A DNA stretch of 64,000 bases from a virus (lineage: Duplodnaviria > Heunggongvirae > Uroviricota > Caudoviricetes), in the IMG/VR virus record IMGVR_UViG_3300037852_000247, positions 1-64,000 of that record. One strand, 5' to 3'. Shown piece by piece: positions 35,285 to 44,861 of the stretch (the stretch's first letter is position 1; each line of letters begins with the position of its first letter). The translations under genes were made by a program, and so were the position numbers. Under the pieces are notes generated by a model. That model had not been told where the DNA came from. It ran no database searches and saw nothing but the letters and a program-made list of their open reading frames with translations.

Positions 35285-36319
35285 ATGTCGGTCTTGAAAT
35301 CGCAGTTAAGAATTTATGGGAGCGCCTCGATGCCCGACATCGATGGTACCACGACAGGCGGCGCTTTTACTCCATCCAATAAGGTCGTGTTCGCCGACGT
35401 CACCCCGACCGGGTTCGTCGATTACGTGTCGGAGAACTCAGGCGATACGGCGGTCGTTCTGACCGTCTCAGGGCGCGATTCCACTGGCGTCATTCAGACC
35501 GAGGCCAAGACCCTCACCGGCACTACGAAAGTGGCCGGCGCGCAATCGTTCGAGCGATTACTGAAGGTCGTCGCGTCCGGCACCGGCGCGGCGGGAACGA
35601 CCGCAGTATTGTCCCACACCGCAGTGATCGCCGCGCACACAGCCGTAACCGGATCGGCGGCGACAGCCACCCTGGACGCGACGGTGACCCTGCAATCTGG
35701 CGACGGTGCGGCGGTTGCGGCGGGCCAAATCTTTCGCCCGACCAACAACCTGCCGGCAGGCGTCAATTTCCAGCTGCGCGAAATCATCAGCATCTCCGGC
35801 GATGTCGTGTCGGTCAGCGCGGATTGGGCGATCGTCCCGACCGTGGCGACGACCTATGACATCTACCAGGGCATGCTGCTCGACAAATTGCCGAACCTGA
35901 TCACCCAGGTGCGCCGGCCGTTCTACAATGCGGCCGCGGACGTGAGCGGCGGATCGACCCGGAGCTTCCACGAGAAGGTCTTTGCCGTCGACAACAACAC
36001 GGTCACAGCACTCACCGTCGCGAACATCATCAAGCAGGTCGACCCGTCATCAGGCACATTGAATTTCGCGCTGACGAACGTGCTCAACGACCTCAGCACG
36101 ATCGCCACGCGGCAGACCGTCCCGTCCGTCGCAATCACGGCGTTCTCGTCCGGCGCTGCGCCGCAGACCCTTCCCGTTCCGTCACCGCAGAACCTGCCTT
36201 CTGGCGGGGCACCAAACGCCGCCGGCGCACAGGGTATTTGGTTGCAGCTCGTGCTGACTGCGGGGCTCGCGCCGGCGAAAACCTCGTTTACAATGCGCGT
36301 GAGCGGCCAGACCACGTAA
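35285..36319 (+). CDS. Putative major capsid/structural protein
   Basis: 344 aa, Thr/Ala/Val-rich. Assigned only from its position after the portal, gpF and scaffold-like genes. No motif recognised. Confidence 0.3.
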   Translation: MSVLKSQLRIYGSASMPDIDGTTTGGAFTPSNKVVFADVTPTGFVDYVSENSGDTAVVLTVSGRDSTGVIQTEAKTLTGTTKVAGAQSFERLLKVVASGTGAAGTTAVLSHTAVIAAHTAVTGSAATATLDATVTLQSGDGAAVAAGQIFRPTNNLPAGVNFQLREIISISGDVVSVSADWAIVPTVATTYDIYQGMLLDKLPNLITQVRRPFYNAAADVSGGSTRSFHEKVFAVDNNTVTALTVANIIKQVDPSSGTLNFALTNVLNDLSTIATRQTVPSVAITAFSSGAAPQTLPVPSPQNLPSGGAPNAAGAQGIWLQLVLTAGLAPAKTSFTMRVSGQTT

Positions 36320-36340
36320 CACTGCGGATCAGCCGCTGCC

Positions 36341-37384
36341 GTGACGCAAGTCATCATCACCTCCGGCACAACGTGGCCCGGTGGGGTTCCGACCGATTGG
36401 AACGACGCGAATAACACAATAGAAGCTATCGGTGGCGGCGGAGCTGGAGCTGGAGGCAATGTCGGCGGGGGTGGGGGTGGTGGCGAATACCGTAAGCTAA
36501 CCAATGTCACAGCAGCCACTCTGGGCGGCCTTGGCGCTGCAGTGGCTCTTACGATAGGCTCCGGAGGAACATGCGCGAGCGGCACGACAAATGGTACTGC
36601 CGGCGGGAATACGACACTCCACTCGACATTGCTAATCGCAGTCGGCGGTGGCGGCGGCAATGCTGGAACCGGCGGAGCAGGCGGGTCGGGCGGTACTGGC
36701 ACTGTAGGACATAACGGCGGGACTGGCGGCAATAACGTTTCCGGGGCAGAGGCCGGCGGTGGCGGTGCCGGCGGACCGAATGGCGTGGGTGGCGCCGGCG
36801 CCACAGGTCTTTCCGGCTCTGAGCAAGGCGGCGGCGGCGGCGGCGCGGCGGATGGCGGCGCGGCCGGTAATAACGGAGCTGCGCAAGCAGGCGGTACTGG
36901 CGGAACGGCCTTCGATAGCACGGCCGGCGGTACGGGTGGAGCTGCGGGGTCTAACGGCGGCGCGACGGACGGCGGCCCGGGCGGCACTGGTGCTCATGGC
37001 TCCGGAGGCGGTGGCGGCGGGGGCGCCACCGACTCAGGCTCAGGCATCCTATCCGGCCCAGGCGGCCCCGGAGGTACTGGCGTAAATTGGACAACGGCCG
37101 GAGCTGGCGGCGGCGGTGGCGCCGGTGGCGTAATCATCAACGGCGCGGCCAACGTAGCTGCGAAAACCGGCGGAGCCGGCGGTCTTTATGGCGGCGGCGG
37201 CGGTGCCGGCGCCTATGGCGGAGCCGTTCAAGCCCCGGGCGGCGCCGGTGGGCAGGGCATCATCGTCATCACCTATACGCCCGCGACCGGCGGCACAGTC
37301 TTTTCGGATAACGGCGGCAGGTTTGATCTGTCGCTGACGGTGCGCAGCGGCAATGAGCGGCAGCGCACGGTGTGGTGGAGTTGA
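36341..37384 (+). CDS. Glycine-rich protein
   Basis: 347 aa, more than 40% Gly in GGxGG repeats. Ends LTVRSGNERQRTVWWS, which is encoded by the conserved 3' motif. Confidence 0.5.
   Translation: MTQVIITSGTTWPGGVPTDWNDANNTIEAIGGGGAGAGGNVGGGGGGGEYRKLTNVTAATLGGLGAAVALTIGSGGTCASGTTNGTAGGNTTLHSTLLIAVGGGGGNAGTGGAGGSGGTGTVGHNGGTGGNNVSGAEAGGGGAGGPNGVGGAGATGLSGSEQGGGGGGAADGGAAGNNGAAQAGGTGGTAFDSTAGGTGGAAGSNGGATDGGPGGTGAHGSGGGGGGGATDSGSGILSGPGGPGGTGVNWTTAGAGGGGGAGGVIINGAANVAAKTGGAGGLYGGGGGAGAYGGAVQAPGGAGGQGIIVITYTPATGGTVFSDNGGRFDLSLTVRSGNERQRTVWWS
37340..37376 (+). repeat. Conserved gene-end motif, copy 1 (GTGCGCAGCGGCAATGAGCGGCAGCGCACGGTGTGG)
   Basis: Also at 38033-38068 (GTGCGCAGCGGCAATGAGCGGCGGCGCACGATGTGG) and, in its 22-nt core, at 40147-40174. 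GTGCGC...GCGCAC forms a stem. Confidence 0.7.
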
Positions 37385-38146
37385 GTGGCCCAAGTTTGGT
37401 CCGCTACGCACATCAACTCACATTTGAGTGGGGGCGGTACCATCACGGTCACGATGGGCGCGACGAATACGAGTTGTGCCGGTTTTGGATCCGAAGGGGT
37501 TACCGTAGGTAAATTCTACTGGGAAACGTCCGTTACGTCGTCTTCATTTGCCAATAACTGCATTCAGGGCATAGGCAACACGGGATCATCGGCTGCTGAC
37601 TTCCAATACATTGGTGTAGGACCAGATACTTGTGGAGTGTTCGGTACTGGTACAGCAAGTGACTTCTATTATAATGCCGGTCTCGTATGGGCATCTAGTA
37701 CATTTGTAGTGGTGTCAGGCGACAGAATAGGACACGCTCTTGATTTGGTGAACGGTCTATATTGGATTGAGGATATTACTTTGGCAAGCGGGTGGTATGG
37801 GTCGTCTGGGAGCGTTACCGGCAATCCAGCGACCCAAAACAACGGATTCGTTCTGTTATCAGGAATTACGGCTAATCCGGTCGTTCCAGCTCTTTCTTTA
37901 AAGAACAGTGGCGATGTCGGAAATGGGTATTTTCTCCCAGCCTTATGGCTGGGGACGCCGCCCAGCGGGTTTGTAGCGCTTTCCCACCCGGTCTTTTTGG
38001 ATTCTGGCGTCGGATGCGATCAGTCGTTGGCCGTGCGCAGCGGCAATGAGCGGCGGCGCACGATGTGGACAGCGTCATTTCTAACAGATGAATCTACCGG
38101 CAATGTTCTGACCGATGAATCTACCGGCAACCGATTGACGCAATAA
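37385..38146 (+). CDS. Hypothetical structural protein (low-GC)
   Basis: 253 aa. Ends LAVRSGNERRRTMWTASFLTDESTGNVLTDESTGNRLTQ, with the same 3' motif and a terminal 8-aa tandem repeat. Confidence 0.45.
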   Translation: MAQVWSATHINSHLSGGGTITVTMGATNTSCAGFGSEGVTVGKFYWETSVTSSSFANNCIQGIGNTGSSAADFQYIGVGPDTCGVFGTGTASDFYYNAGLVWASSTFVVVSGDRIGHALDLVNGLYWIEDITLASGWYGSSGSVTGNPATQNNGFVLLSGITANPVVPALSLKNSGDVGNGYFLPALWLGTPPSGFVALSHPVFLDSGVGCDQSLAVRSGNERRRTMWTASFLTDESTGNVLTDESTGNRLTQ

Positions 38147-40149
38147 TGCGCTTATATGTCATCACATTATCCCTAATGGTCGCATGGGCATCGGCTGCCA
38201 AGGCTGATGTAAGCTTCCCTGCTTATCTGACTGGGAAAACCGCTGCATCAGTCCCATTGACCAATCAATGCATCCCGATCGTCAATGCAGCCGGCACAGC
38301 AACGACTAAGCTTTGTTCGAACTATGCCACTGCAATTGGCGCGGCAGCTCTTAGTGCTAATTCTCCGGTTTATGTCACAACCGCTGGCGCGATCGGCGAC
38401 GGTTCTTCTCACCCGGCATGCACGGCGCTCGGGCTGGCTAATCTCACGGCGCTGCAAGCCTATTCTAAGAATGGCTATTCCTACTCGTTTGCTACCTCTT
38501 GCACGAACGAGTTGGACTGGCTCGCAGCGCAGGCGGTCATCAACGCGGGCAAGGATGTCTTCTATCCTGCCGGAACCTATCTTAATGATCAACAGATTGT
38601 TCTGCCTAACGCCAGCGAGGGGCCCGGCACAGGCGCTATCAGTATATTTGGTGTCTCCAGCTCCACATCAGTCTTGTCGTGGCCGACCGATCTTGGAACC
38701 GCAAAAGCCGGGATAGTTTGCGGCACTCCAGCGACAAGTATATGCGCCGGGACAATCCAACACTTAGGTATGACGGGTCCGGCAGCGGCGGGATATTATG
38801 CAACCCACCTGGGCAGCCAAGTCGCCAGCATGGACGGTTTCCTCTGGGGAGGACGCCGGCAGGTCAACGATCTGTTCATTACCGGGTTCAACAAGTGCAT
38901 CAGCATGCGCGGCGACCAAACAGTGCTCACCGCTCTCCATACAGTCAATTGTACTTATGGGATGTATCTCGACGATCCAAACTCTACCAACTTCGGCAAT
39001 ATCCACATCGTAAAGGCAATCCTGGAGCAAAGCTCGCGCGCCGCAATTGGCATGAGCCACGCCGCCCACCTTGATTACTACACGTTTGAAAGTTTGTGCG
39101 CCTGCGTTGCCCCGTTCGGCATTTTGAAGGAAATGGGCGGCGCGACAGACCATCCTCACATTACCCACGGCACCGTGTTCATAAACTCTCAATTCGAGAA
39201 CCTGGGGAATGGCGTGATCGGGGATGATGTCGCCGGAGCCACACGCTACGGAGTTGACTATGAGAGCACATGGATAGAGACCGAGTTCCTATGGAACGCG
39301 ACGTATCGATGGTCGGCGCTCAACAAAGATGGAATATTCAATCTCTACCAGTCATTTCTGATGAAATTTAATGGTTTTGCCGAACCGGGTCTCTGGGTTC
39401 CAGGCACGACAGGCATATTCAACATTCAATTCGTCACGCAAGCCAAGATGGTTGGCGACTGCACTACCCTGCGGGCAAATGCCGCCACGGCGAGCTTGCC
39501 GTTTTCGGCCTTCACTCAATCTAGCGGCCAATGGGTCTGCGAGCAGCCTGGACAAGCGGCTCTTGATGTTGGGCAGAGTTTCAGTACGCAATACGCTTTC
39601 GGAAACAGCGGCTTACCAGGATACAGCGGCTCCTATTGGGTTAGTAGCCTCGCCGCCGCCTCCTCCGCGAGCTTGCAATTCACGGGATTACCTACGGCGT
39701 ATGCTAGGCTGGCTCTAAATTGCACGGGGTTAGTGCCCAGCATTGCCGGTTCTGGGATCAGTGTCAATGTCGGCGAGGGTGGGGGGCCGACTTGGGAGAC
39801 AACCGCCCATTACACGGTGCTTGAAACACATTATGGCACAACGAGTACCGGATCTGCGCTAGGTTCCAAATCGCTTGTGGCGACCGATGCTTTTAACGGT
39901 TGGGGAGGCAATCTATCTACAACGGTGCCCTTAGCTTTCCGCATGTATATAGATAATGTGGCGTCATCCAGTATAAATAAGTGGTTGCATTGGAACCTAG
40001 CGGTCGGGGACAATGACGGCTCGGCGTGGCACGCTGATGGTAAATCGTTCTGGAACAACGACACCAATCCGATTACTGGAATAGAGCTGGTACCATCAGC
40101 AGGAACCATCGCATCCGGGAAATGCGCGTTGAGCGCGATCGAGGATTGA
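38146..40149 (+). CDS. Secreted right-handed beta-helix (pectate-lyase-like) protein; depolymerase/tailspike candidate
   Basis: Signal peptide MRLYVITLSLMVAWASAAKA. YVTTAGAIGDGSSHPACTAL resembles the Pectate_lyase_3 N-terminal motif. 667 aa. Confidence 0.55.
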   Translation: MRLYVITLSLMVAWASAAKADVSFPAYLTGKTAASVPLTNQCIPIVNAAGTATTKLCSNYATAIGAAALSANSPVYVTTAGAIGDGSSHPACTALGLANLTALQAYSKNGYSYSFATSCTNELDWLAAQAVINAGKDVFYPAGTYLNDQQIVLPNASEGPGTGAISIFGVSSSTSVLSWPTDLGTAKAGIVCGTPATSICAGTIQHLGMTGPAAAGYYATHLGSQVASMDGFLWGGRRQVNDLFITGFNKCISMRGDQTVLTALHTVNCTYGMYLDDPNSTNFGNIHIVKAILEQSSRAAIGMSHAAHLDYYTFESLCACVAPFGILKEMGGATDHPHITHGTVFINSQFENLGNGVIGDDVAGATRYGVDYESTWIETEFLWNATYRWSALNKDGIFNLYQSFLMKFNGFAEPGLWVPGTTGIFNIQFVTQAKMVGDCTTLRANAATASLPFSAFTQSSGQWVCEQPGQAALDVGQSFSTQYAFGNSGLPGYSGSYWVSSLAAASSASLQFTGLPTAYARLALNCTGLVPSIAGSGISVNVGEGGGPTWETTAHYTVLETHYGTTSTGSALGSKSLVATDAFNGWGGNLSTTVPLAFRMYIDNVASSSINKWLHWNLAVGDNDGSAWHADGKSFWNNDTNPITGIELVPSAGTIASGKCALSAIED

Positions 40150-40180
40150 TGAGCGGCGGCGCAACAGTGTGGGGTCCCTG

Positions 40181-40462
40181 ATGGCAGACTCGACCGTACA
40201 GGTCCCGCCGATCCCAATAGGCGGAACAAACCAGGTCATGGACACGAGCGCGCTAACGCGCGCCGACGGCAATAACACCGTTGTCAATCGAGGACGCTAC
40301 GTTCTCGGCGACCCCGTAAACCCGACATCATTCGCGGCCGTCACGCCCACAGGCGAGGTCGCTGTAATTACGAGATTGAGAAATATCGAGGCGCAGTTGG
40401 CACGCGTTGCGCGGCTGTTGGAAATACTCGCCGACACCGAAGTGCCTCTAGGTTCGGCTTGA
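40181..40462 (+). CDS. Hypothetical small structural protein
   Basis: ATG at 40181, directly after copy 3 of the gene-end motif. Confidence 0.4.
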   Translation: MADSTVQVPPIPIGGTNQVMDTSALTRADGNNTVVNRGRYVLGDPVNPTSFAAVTPTGEVAVITRLRNIEAQLARVARLLEILADTEVPLGSA

Positions 40463-40477
40463 GCAAGGGAAACGCGC

Positions 40478-41161
40478 ATGGACGTCATAGTTAATGGATT
40501 TGGTTCGAGCAGCAATGTGCCCGCCCAAGTCGATCCGTCGACAGCCGCAATTCGAACCACACAACGGCCGACGGAATGGGTGCAAGGCTCCGTTATTGGA
40601 GGTCATTATAAAGCGGGAGCGCAGACCGGGACGATGGCCGCCGGCATTGCTTCCGCGGCGCAAGTGTTTCAGGTTCGATGGGCCGATCCAGTCAAGCTAT
40701 TTATTCTGAAAAGACTGATTGTGCAATGCGCGACCGGCACCGGGTTTGCGGCGGTCTCGCTAGGTGCACCCCTCGAACTGATCCTTGGGCACGGTTCGAC
40801 GGCCAACGGGTCTGGTGGAGCGGTATTAGCGATTACTGGAAGCTCGAACAAGCTCCGTCCCCTCATGGCGGCATCAGGCTTTGCCACGTCGGGTGAGGTC
40901 CGTATAGCCACCACGGGCGCGCTCACCGCAGCCACGGGGCAGGTGCTGGAACCGGTCGCAATCGCGGAATGCTTGGGCGCGCCGAATGCTACATTGGCTC
41001 AATCGCCGCAGATGACTCTGTTCGATTCTACGGATTCTGGTGGACATGAGTTGGTCCTCAATTCGGGCGATACGCTCGCGGTGCGTACCCTTAACCCGGC
41101 GGCGACCGGTACTTGGTTCGCTTGCTTCCACCTGAAATGGGTTGAGGCCGTGAGCCTCTGA
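40478..41161 (+). CDS. Hypothetical structural protein
   Basis: 227-aa beta-rich protein. Confidence 0.45.
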   Translation: MDVIVNGFGSSSNVPAQVDPSTAAIRTTQRPTEWVQGSVIGGHYKAGAQTGTMAAGIASAAQVFQVRWADPVKLFILKRLIVQCATGTGFAAVSLGAPLELILGHGSTANGSGGAVLAITGSSNKLRPLMAASGFATSGEVRIATTGALTAATGQVLEPVAIAECLGAPNATLAQSPQMTLFDSTDSGGHELVLNSGDTLAVRTLNPAATGTWFACFHLKWVEAVSL

Positions 41162-41171
41162 TGAGCTAAAT

Positions 41172-43718
41172 GTGCTGGTCTTCTGGGAGTTCTTCCTAAA
41201 ACCGGTCTCGCAAGGAGAGATCTCTATTGATTTCGGCACTCACGTAGCTGTAAGCGCCGATTCAGTATCACCGATCGCTCCCGGACTGGAGGCGTTTGAG
41301 CCAGATACGCCGGTTGAATTTGGATCGTCCGTCCAGCCGGACGGGGCGATAGCCGATGAGGTGTCTCTCGTCGTGCGGAATGACCCCGTTGAACCGATCG
41401 AATGGACGGGGGGAAGTCCATCATTAACTCTCGACTCAATAATACCGGTCGAAAATGCGCTGACTATGCGGTCCGACGGCGGCACCCCTGAAGACGCCCG
41501 CGCAACGTCGAGCCGCGATCAAATAACTCCGGCCGAATTCGGCCTATCGGTCTCGCGAGATCATGCGATACCGGATGAGGCGGGTTTAACGACACGCTCG
41601 GACCCGGCAATCCCGGACGAAGCGGCTGGCACAGCGCAAAGCTCCGGCATTCTCCCGATCGACGCCGGTCTATCGGCTCGTAATGATGCGGGGGCACCGG
41701 ACGAAGCTGCCGCGGCGAGACAGAACGATGCCGCAACCCCCGAAGAGAGCGCGGAGACACCCCGCAGCGACCCGAACACTCCGGTGGACTGGCGCGGCTC
41801 GCCGTTCGCCGACAGCCGCATCCTGGAGGACTGGGCCAGCGCTACCGTTGTCGAGAACAGCCCGATTCCTGAGGAATTCGGCCTTTCCGCCCGGAACGAC
41901 GGCGGCGCTGCCGATGAAACGGGCGGAGGCCAGCGCTCGGACCCGGCGATTCCAGATGAATCCGGGGGCGCGGCCCGTAGCGATGGCGCGATACCAATCG
42001 AGGAGGCTCTGTCGCTCAGGAACGACAGTATCGTCCCGGTGGAGTTCGTCGCCTCTGCTGCCTCCGTTACCGGCGATAGCAAGGTCCCGATCGAAATGGG
42101 GCTTGCGGCGCGCTCGGATCCGAGCAGCCCAATCGACGCGGGCTTATCGGTGCGCAACGACGGAGCGACGCCAGCTGAGTTGGCCGCCGCTCGACAAAGC
42201 GATGCCACAACCCCGGAAGAGAGCGCGGAGACGCCCCGCAGCGACCCGAATACTCCGGTGGAATGGCGGGGTTCACCGACCAGTGATGGCCGCATTCCGC
42301 TGGAGGCTGGCCTTTCGTTCCTGACCAATGCGGCTTCGCCGATCGAAGCCGGTCTTTCGGTCCGGTCGGATCCGGCGACGCCCATCGAGCCTGGTGAGGG
42401 CGTACAGAACGGGCCCGCGATACCGGCAGAGTGGCGCGGTTCGCCGACTGCCGACAGCGGTGTTCCCATCGAGGCTGGTCTCGCGGTTAGAAGCGACGCC
42501 GTCGATCCTGACGAAGCTGGTCTCGCGGTTCGGGATGATGCCGGCGACCCGATCGAATTTGCTGCGGTGCAGCGAAGCGATGGCCGGCCGCCGATCGAGT
42601 GGCAGGGCCAGGTGCCGGTCACTCTCGACAGCAACATGCCGCTCGATCAGGCGGGCAATCCCGCGCAGGGCGGCGGCATCCCCGATGAATGGTCCGGCGC
42701 GCGGACCGGCGACCAGGGCGAGCCGGTCGAAGTTGCGGCAACCAGGCTAAACGATGCGCGCGATCCGGCGGATGTTGCAGCCGGCGCGCGGACCGATGGC
42801 CCTTCCCCGGTCGAGATCGCGGAGACGGTCGCTGATAACGGGATCATTCCGGAATATAACCTTGGCAGCATAACCGCCAGCGGGGTTTCACCGGACGAAG
42901 CCGGGCTCAGCGTTCGCGCCGATGGCAGCGGAGCCGACGAGATCGCGCTAAGCGCTCGTTCGGAAGGCGCCGAGCCGGCCGCGATCGCCGAGACGGTGCC
43001 GGGCGACGGAAAGTCACCGGTCGAGTGGCAGGGCCAAGTCCCGATCACCCTCGACTCCAACATCCCGCTCGACCACCTGGAAACCCTCTCCGGAGGCCCT
43101 GCAAGCCCCATCGAGATGGGGATGCGCCAAACCTCGGACGGATCGGAGAACGCAGACAGAGGCCTCTCCGCGCGCGGCGACGGGGCATCCCAGACCGAAG
43201 CCGCGGTGACGGTCGCGGGCGACGGCAAACAACCGATCGCGATAGGCGCCGTCATCTCCGCGGATGGCGGCACACGGATCGAGCTCGCCATCGCGGTGGT
43301 CAGCTCCGCGGGCGGGCCGATCGAACATCTTTCCGCCGTTGCCGGCGATGCGAGTCTTCCGATCAACTTCGTGCTGGTCGTTTCGAGTGACGATAGCCCT
43401 CCGGAGGAATGGGCCGTTTATCTCTTCGGAGACGACGCGGTCCAGATCGAGCATTTGCTCGCGACCGGCGCGATGGTATTTTCTGATTCCACGGTGCAGA
43501 TCGAGCATCTGCTCCAGACCCCATCGAACGTCTTTTCCGACTCGGCTATTCCGCTCGACTTCACGGAGTCGTTTTTTACTTTCGTGGTCTCGCGCACCGG
43601 AAGAGAGAGCAGCGGCCGCCTGCTCGTGCCCCAACGAAATCTTCGTATGTTATCTGGCGAGCCGCGCGAGCGGGTTCTTAAAGCATTGAGACGGCTGCGT
43701 CTCATCACGCCTCGTTAG
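41172..43718 (+). CDS. Large protein of ~60 degenerate 11-aa repeats
   Basis: 848 aa. The repeat unit is like SPIEAGLSVRSD / IPDEAGLAVRDD, periodically interrupted by TPVEWRGSP. The ~120-aa C-terminal domain is non-repetitive. Confidence 0.5.
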   Translation: MLVFWEFFLKPVSQGEISIDFGTHVAVSADSVSPIAPGLEAFEPDTPVEFGSSVQPDGAIADEVSLVVRNDPVEPIEWTGGSPSLTLDSIIPVENALTMRSDGGTPEDARATSSRDQITPAEFGLSVSRDHAIPDEAGLTTRSDPAIPDEAAGTAQSSGILPIDAGLSARNDAGAPDEAAAARQNDAATPEESAETPRSDPNTPVDWRGSPFADSRILEDWASATVVENSPIPEEFGLSARNDGGAADETGGGQRSDPAIPDESGGAARSDGAIPIEEALSLRNDSIVPVEFVASAASVTGDSKVPIEMGLAARSDPSSPIDAGLSVRNDGATPAELAAARQSDATTPEESAETPRSDPNTPVEWRGSPTSDGRIPLEAGLSFLTNAASPIEAGLSVRSDPATPIEPGEGVQNGPAIPAEWRGSPTADSGVPIEAGLAVRSDAVDPDEAGLAVRDDAGDPIEFAAVQRSDGRPPIEWQGQVPVTLDSNMPLDQAGNPAQGGGIPDEWSGARTGDQGEPVEVAATRLNDARDPADVAAGARTDGPSPVEIAETVADNGIIPEYNLGSITASGVSPDEAGLSVRADGSGADEIALSARSEGAEPAAIAETVPGDGKSPVEWQGQVPITLDSNIPLDHLETLSGGPASPIEMGMRQTSDGSENADRGLSARGDGASQTEAAVTVAGDGKQPIAIGAVISADGGTRIELAIAVVSSAGGPIEHLSAVAGDASLPINFVLVVSSDDSPPEEWAVYLFGDDAVQIEHLLATGAMVFSDSTVQIEHLLQTPSNVFSDSAIPLDFTESFFTFVVSRTGRESSGRLLVPQRNLRMLSGEPRERVLKALRRLRLITPR

Positions 43719-44055
43719 TATCCGCTTTTATAAGAGCGAGGATTTCCAATGCTATCCCGTGCGCCGACACAACATACATACCAGTGTGTTGGGAGATAAT
43801 CTCCGCAATTCGATCAACTAAACCGGCGGTACGGGGCAGCGCTTCCGTAGCGCGCCGCTCGGTTTCCTCTGATGTGGCTTGCGGGTGAGTTTCGCCGGAA
43901 CTCGCCACATTTGCTTTCATCTTTACCGCGTACATAGCTCGATAGACCAGCTCCGCCCAATACCCCTCGCTCGCGGTAAGCGTCTCAAAGCCGCAAAGTA
44001 CGCTTGCTCCAGCCTCGATCATCTCCGGAGTGATCTCTGGCTCCTCGTTATCCAT
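43705..44055 (-). CDS. Hypothetical protein (moron)
   Basis: Starts MDNEEPE. Its upstream leader is duplicated at 44240-44279. Confidence 0.35.
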   Translation of the reverse strand: MDNEEPEITPEMIEAGASVLCGFETLTASEGYWAELVYRAMYAVKMKANVASSGETHPQATSEETERRATEALPRTAGLVDRIAEIISQHTGMYVVSAHGIALEILALIKADTNEA

Positions 44056-44088
44056 GCGGCTCTCCCGATAGGTTGTCGCTGGACTGTG

Positions 44089-44250
44089 TTACATCAGCGT
44101 AGAGATCATCCCGGCACTGATGAGCACTATGATCGTTATAACCATCACGATCAAGGTACCGTCGCCGGTCTTGAACGGCTCATCCTTTGGCAACCGCAGT
44201 GGCTCCTTGGGCTGCATCTCCTCACGCCTCGCTGAGGGTGCGTTATCCAT
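44089..44250 (-). CDS. Small membrane protein (moron)
   Basis: MDNAPSARREEMQPKEPLRLPKDEPFKTGDGTLIVMVITIIVLISAGMISTLM. Has the same leader as the previous gene. Confidence 0.3.
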   Translation of the reverse strand: MDNAPSARREEMQPKEPLRLPKDEPFKTGDGTLIVMVITIIVLISAGMISTLM

Positions 44251-44305
44251 ACGACTCTCCCAATAGGTTATCGCTGGAATATATACTCGTTGAACAGGTG
44301 CGGCA

Positions 44306-44680
44306 ATGCGGACAGCGCAGCCCTTCAGTAAGATCCAAGTTGGTGAAGTTGACAATTTCGGCTTCGATTTCTCAGACGACATGGGAGCCGCGATAATGCT
44401 CTCGACGAGCTGGGCCTGCATGCTCTCGAAACTGCAGACCGTAATAGACCCGAACCCGCAATCTCGGGTCATCGGCTTGCCGTCGGTGCAGACCACGATA
44501 CAGAAGCAGGTCGGCGGCGTATTACAACCGGTCAATGGCTGGTTTTCCGTGGCTCGGATCGGCGGCATGCCGGCGACGGCCGCGGGTGGGGTCTATGTGC
44601 TTGAAGCGACGGCCAACCTGTCGGATGGCCGAATCTTGAAACTGAGCAGCACGGTCGAATGTGTGGCGGCGGGGTGCTAA
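44306..44680 (+). CDS. Hypothetical protein
   Basis: 124-aa ORF. Confidence 0.35.
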   Translation: MRTAQPFSKIQVGEVDNFGFDFSDDMGAAIMLSTSWACMLSKLQTVIDPNPQSRVIGLPSVQTTIQKQVGGVLQPVNGWFSVARIGGMPATAAGGVYVLEATANLSDGRILKLSSTVECVAAGC

Positions 44681-44861
44681 CGGTCCCGCTGCATCGCTTC
44701 ATCTGACCATCTTGAATAGACCCAATATTTCCGCCCGTACCACACAGGCAGGTTCATCTCGCAGAGAAGTTTTTCTATGGAGATTCTGACGCGATTCCGA
44801 ACGTCCGGGTCCTCAAAAGACAGGATAATGTCGTGCCATTCTGTCGTCTGCTCAGGTGTTA

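Noticed and set aside
35923-36987. 354-aa Pro/Ala-rich minus-strand ORF antisense to the Gly-rich gene.
   Set aside because: The GGN-rich sense strand automatically yields an open, Pro-rich antisense frame. The plus-strand gene is part of a coupled operon.
36341-37384. PE-PGRS-like or collagen-like assignment for the Gly-rich protein.
   Set aside because: Only the compositional bias is shared. There is no PE domain and no strict G-X-Y periodicity.
37340-40174. Diversity-generating retroelement (variable repeat at the 3' ends of fibre-like genes plus hairpin).
   Set aside because: No reverse transcriptase ORF (no YxDD motif protein) anywhere in the window. No template-repeat copy with adenine-specific differences was found.
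41561-42637. 358-aa minus-strand ORF antisense to the 848-aa repeat gene, and similar antisense ORFs at 51511-52314 and 54886-55443.
   Set aside because: Low-complexity antisense frames inside repetitive plus-strand genes, with no independent start or RBS support.
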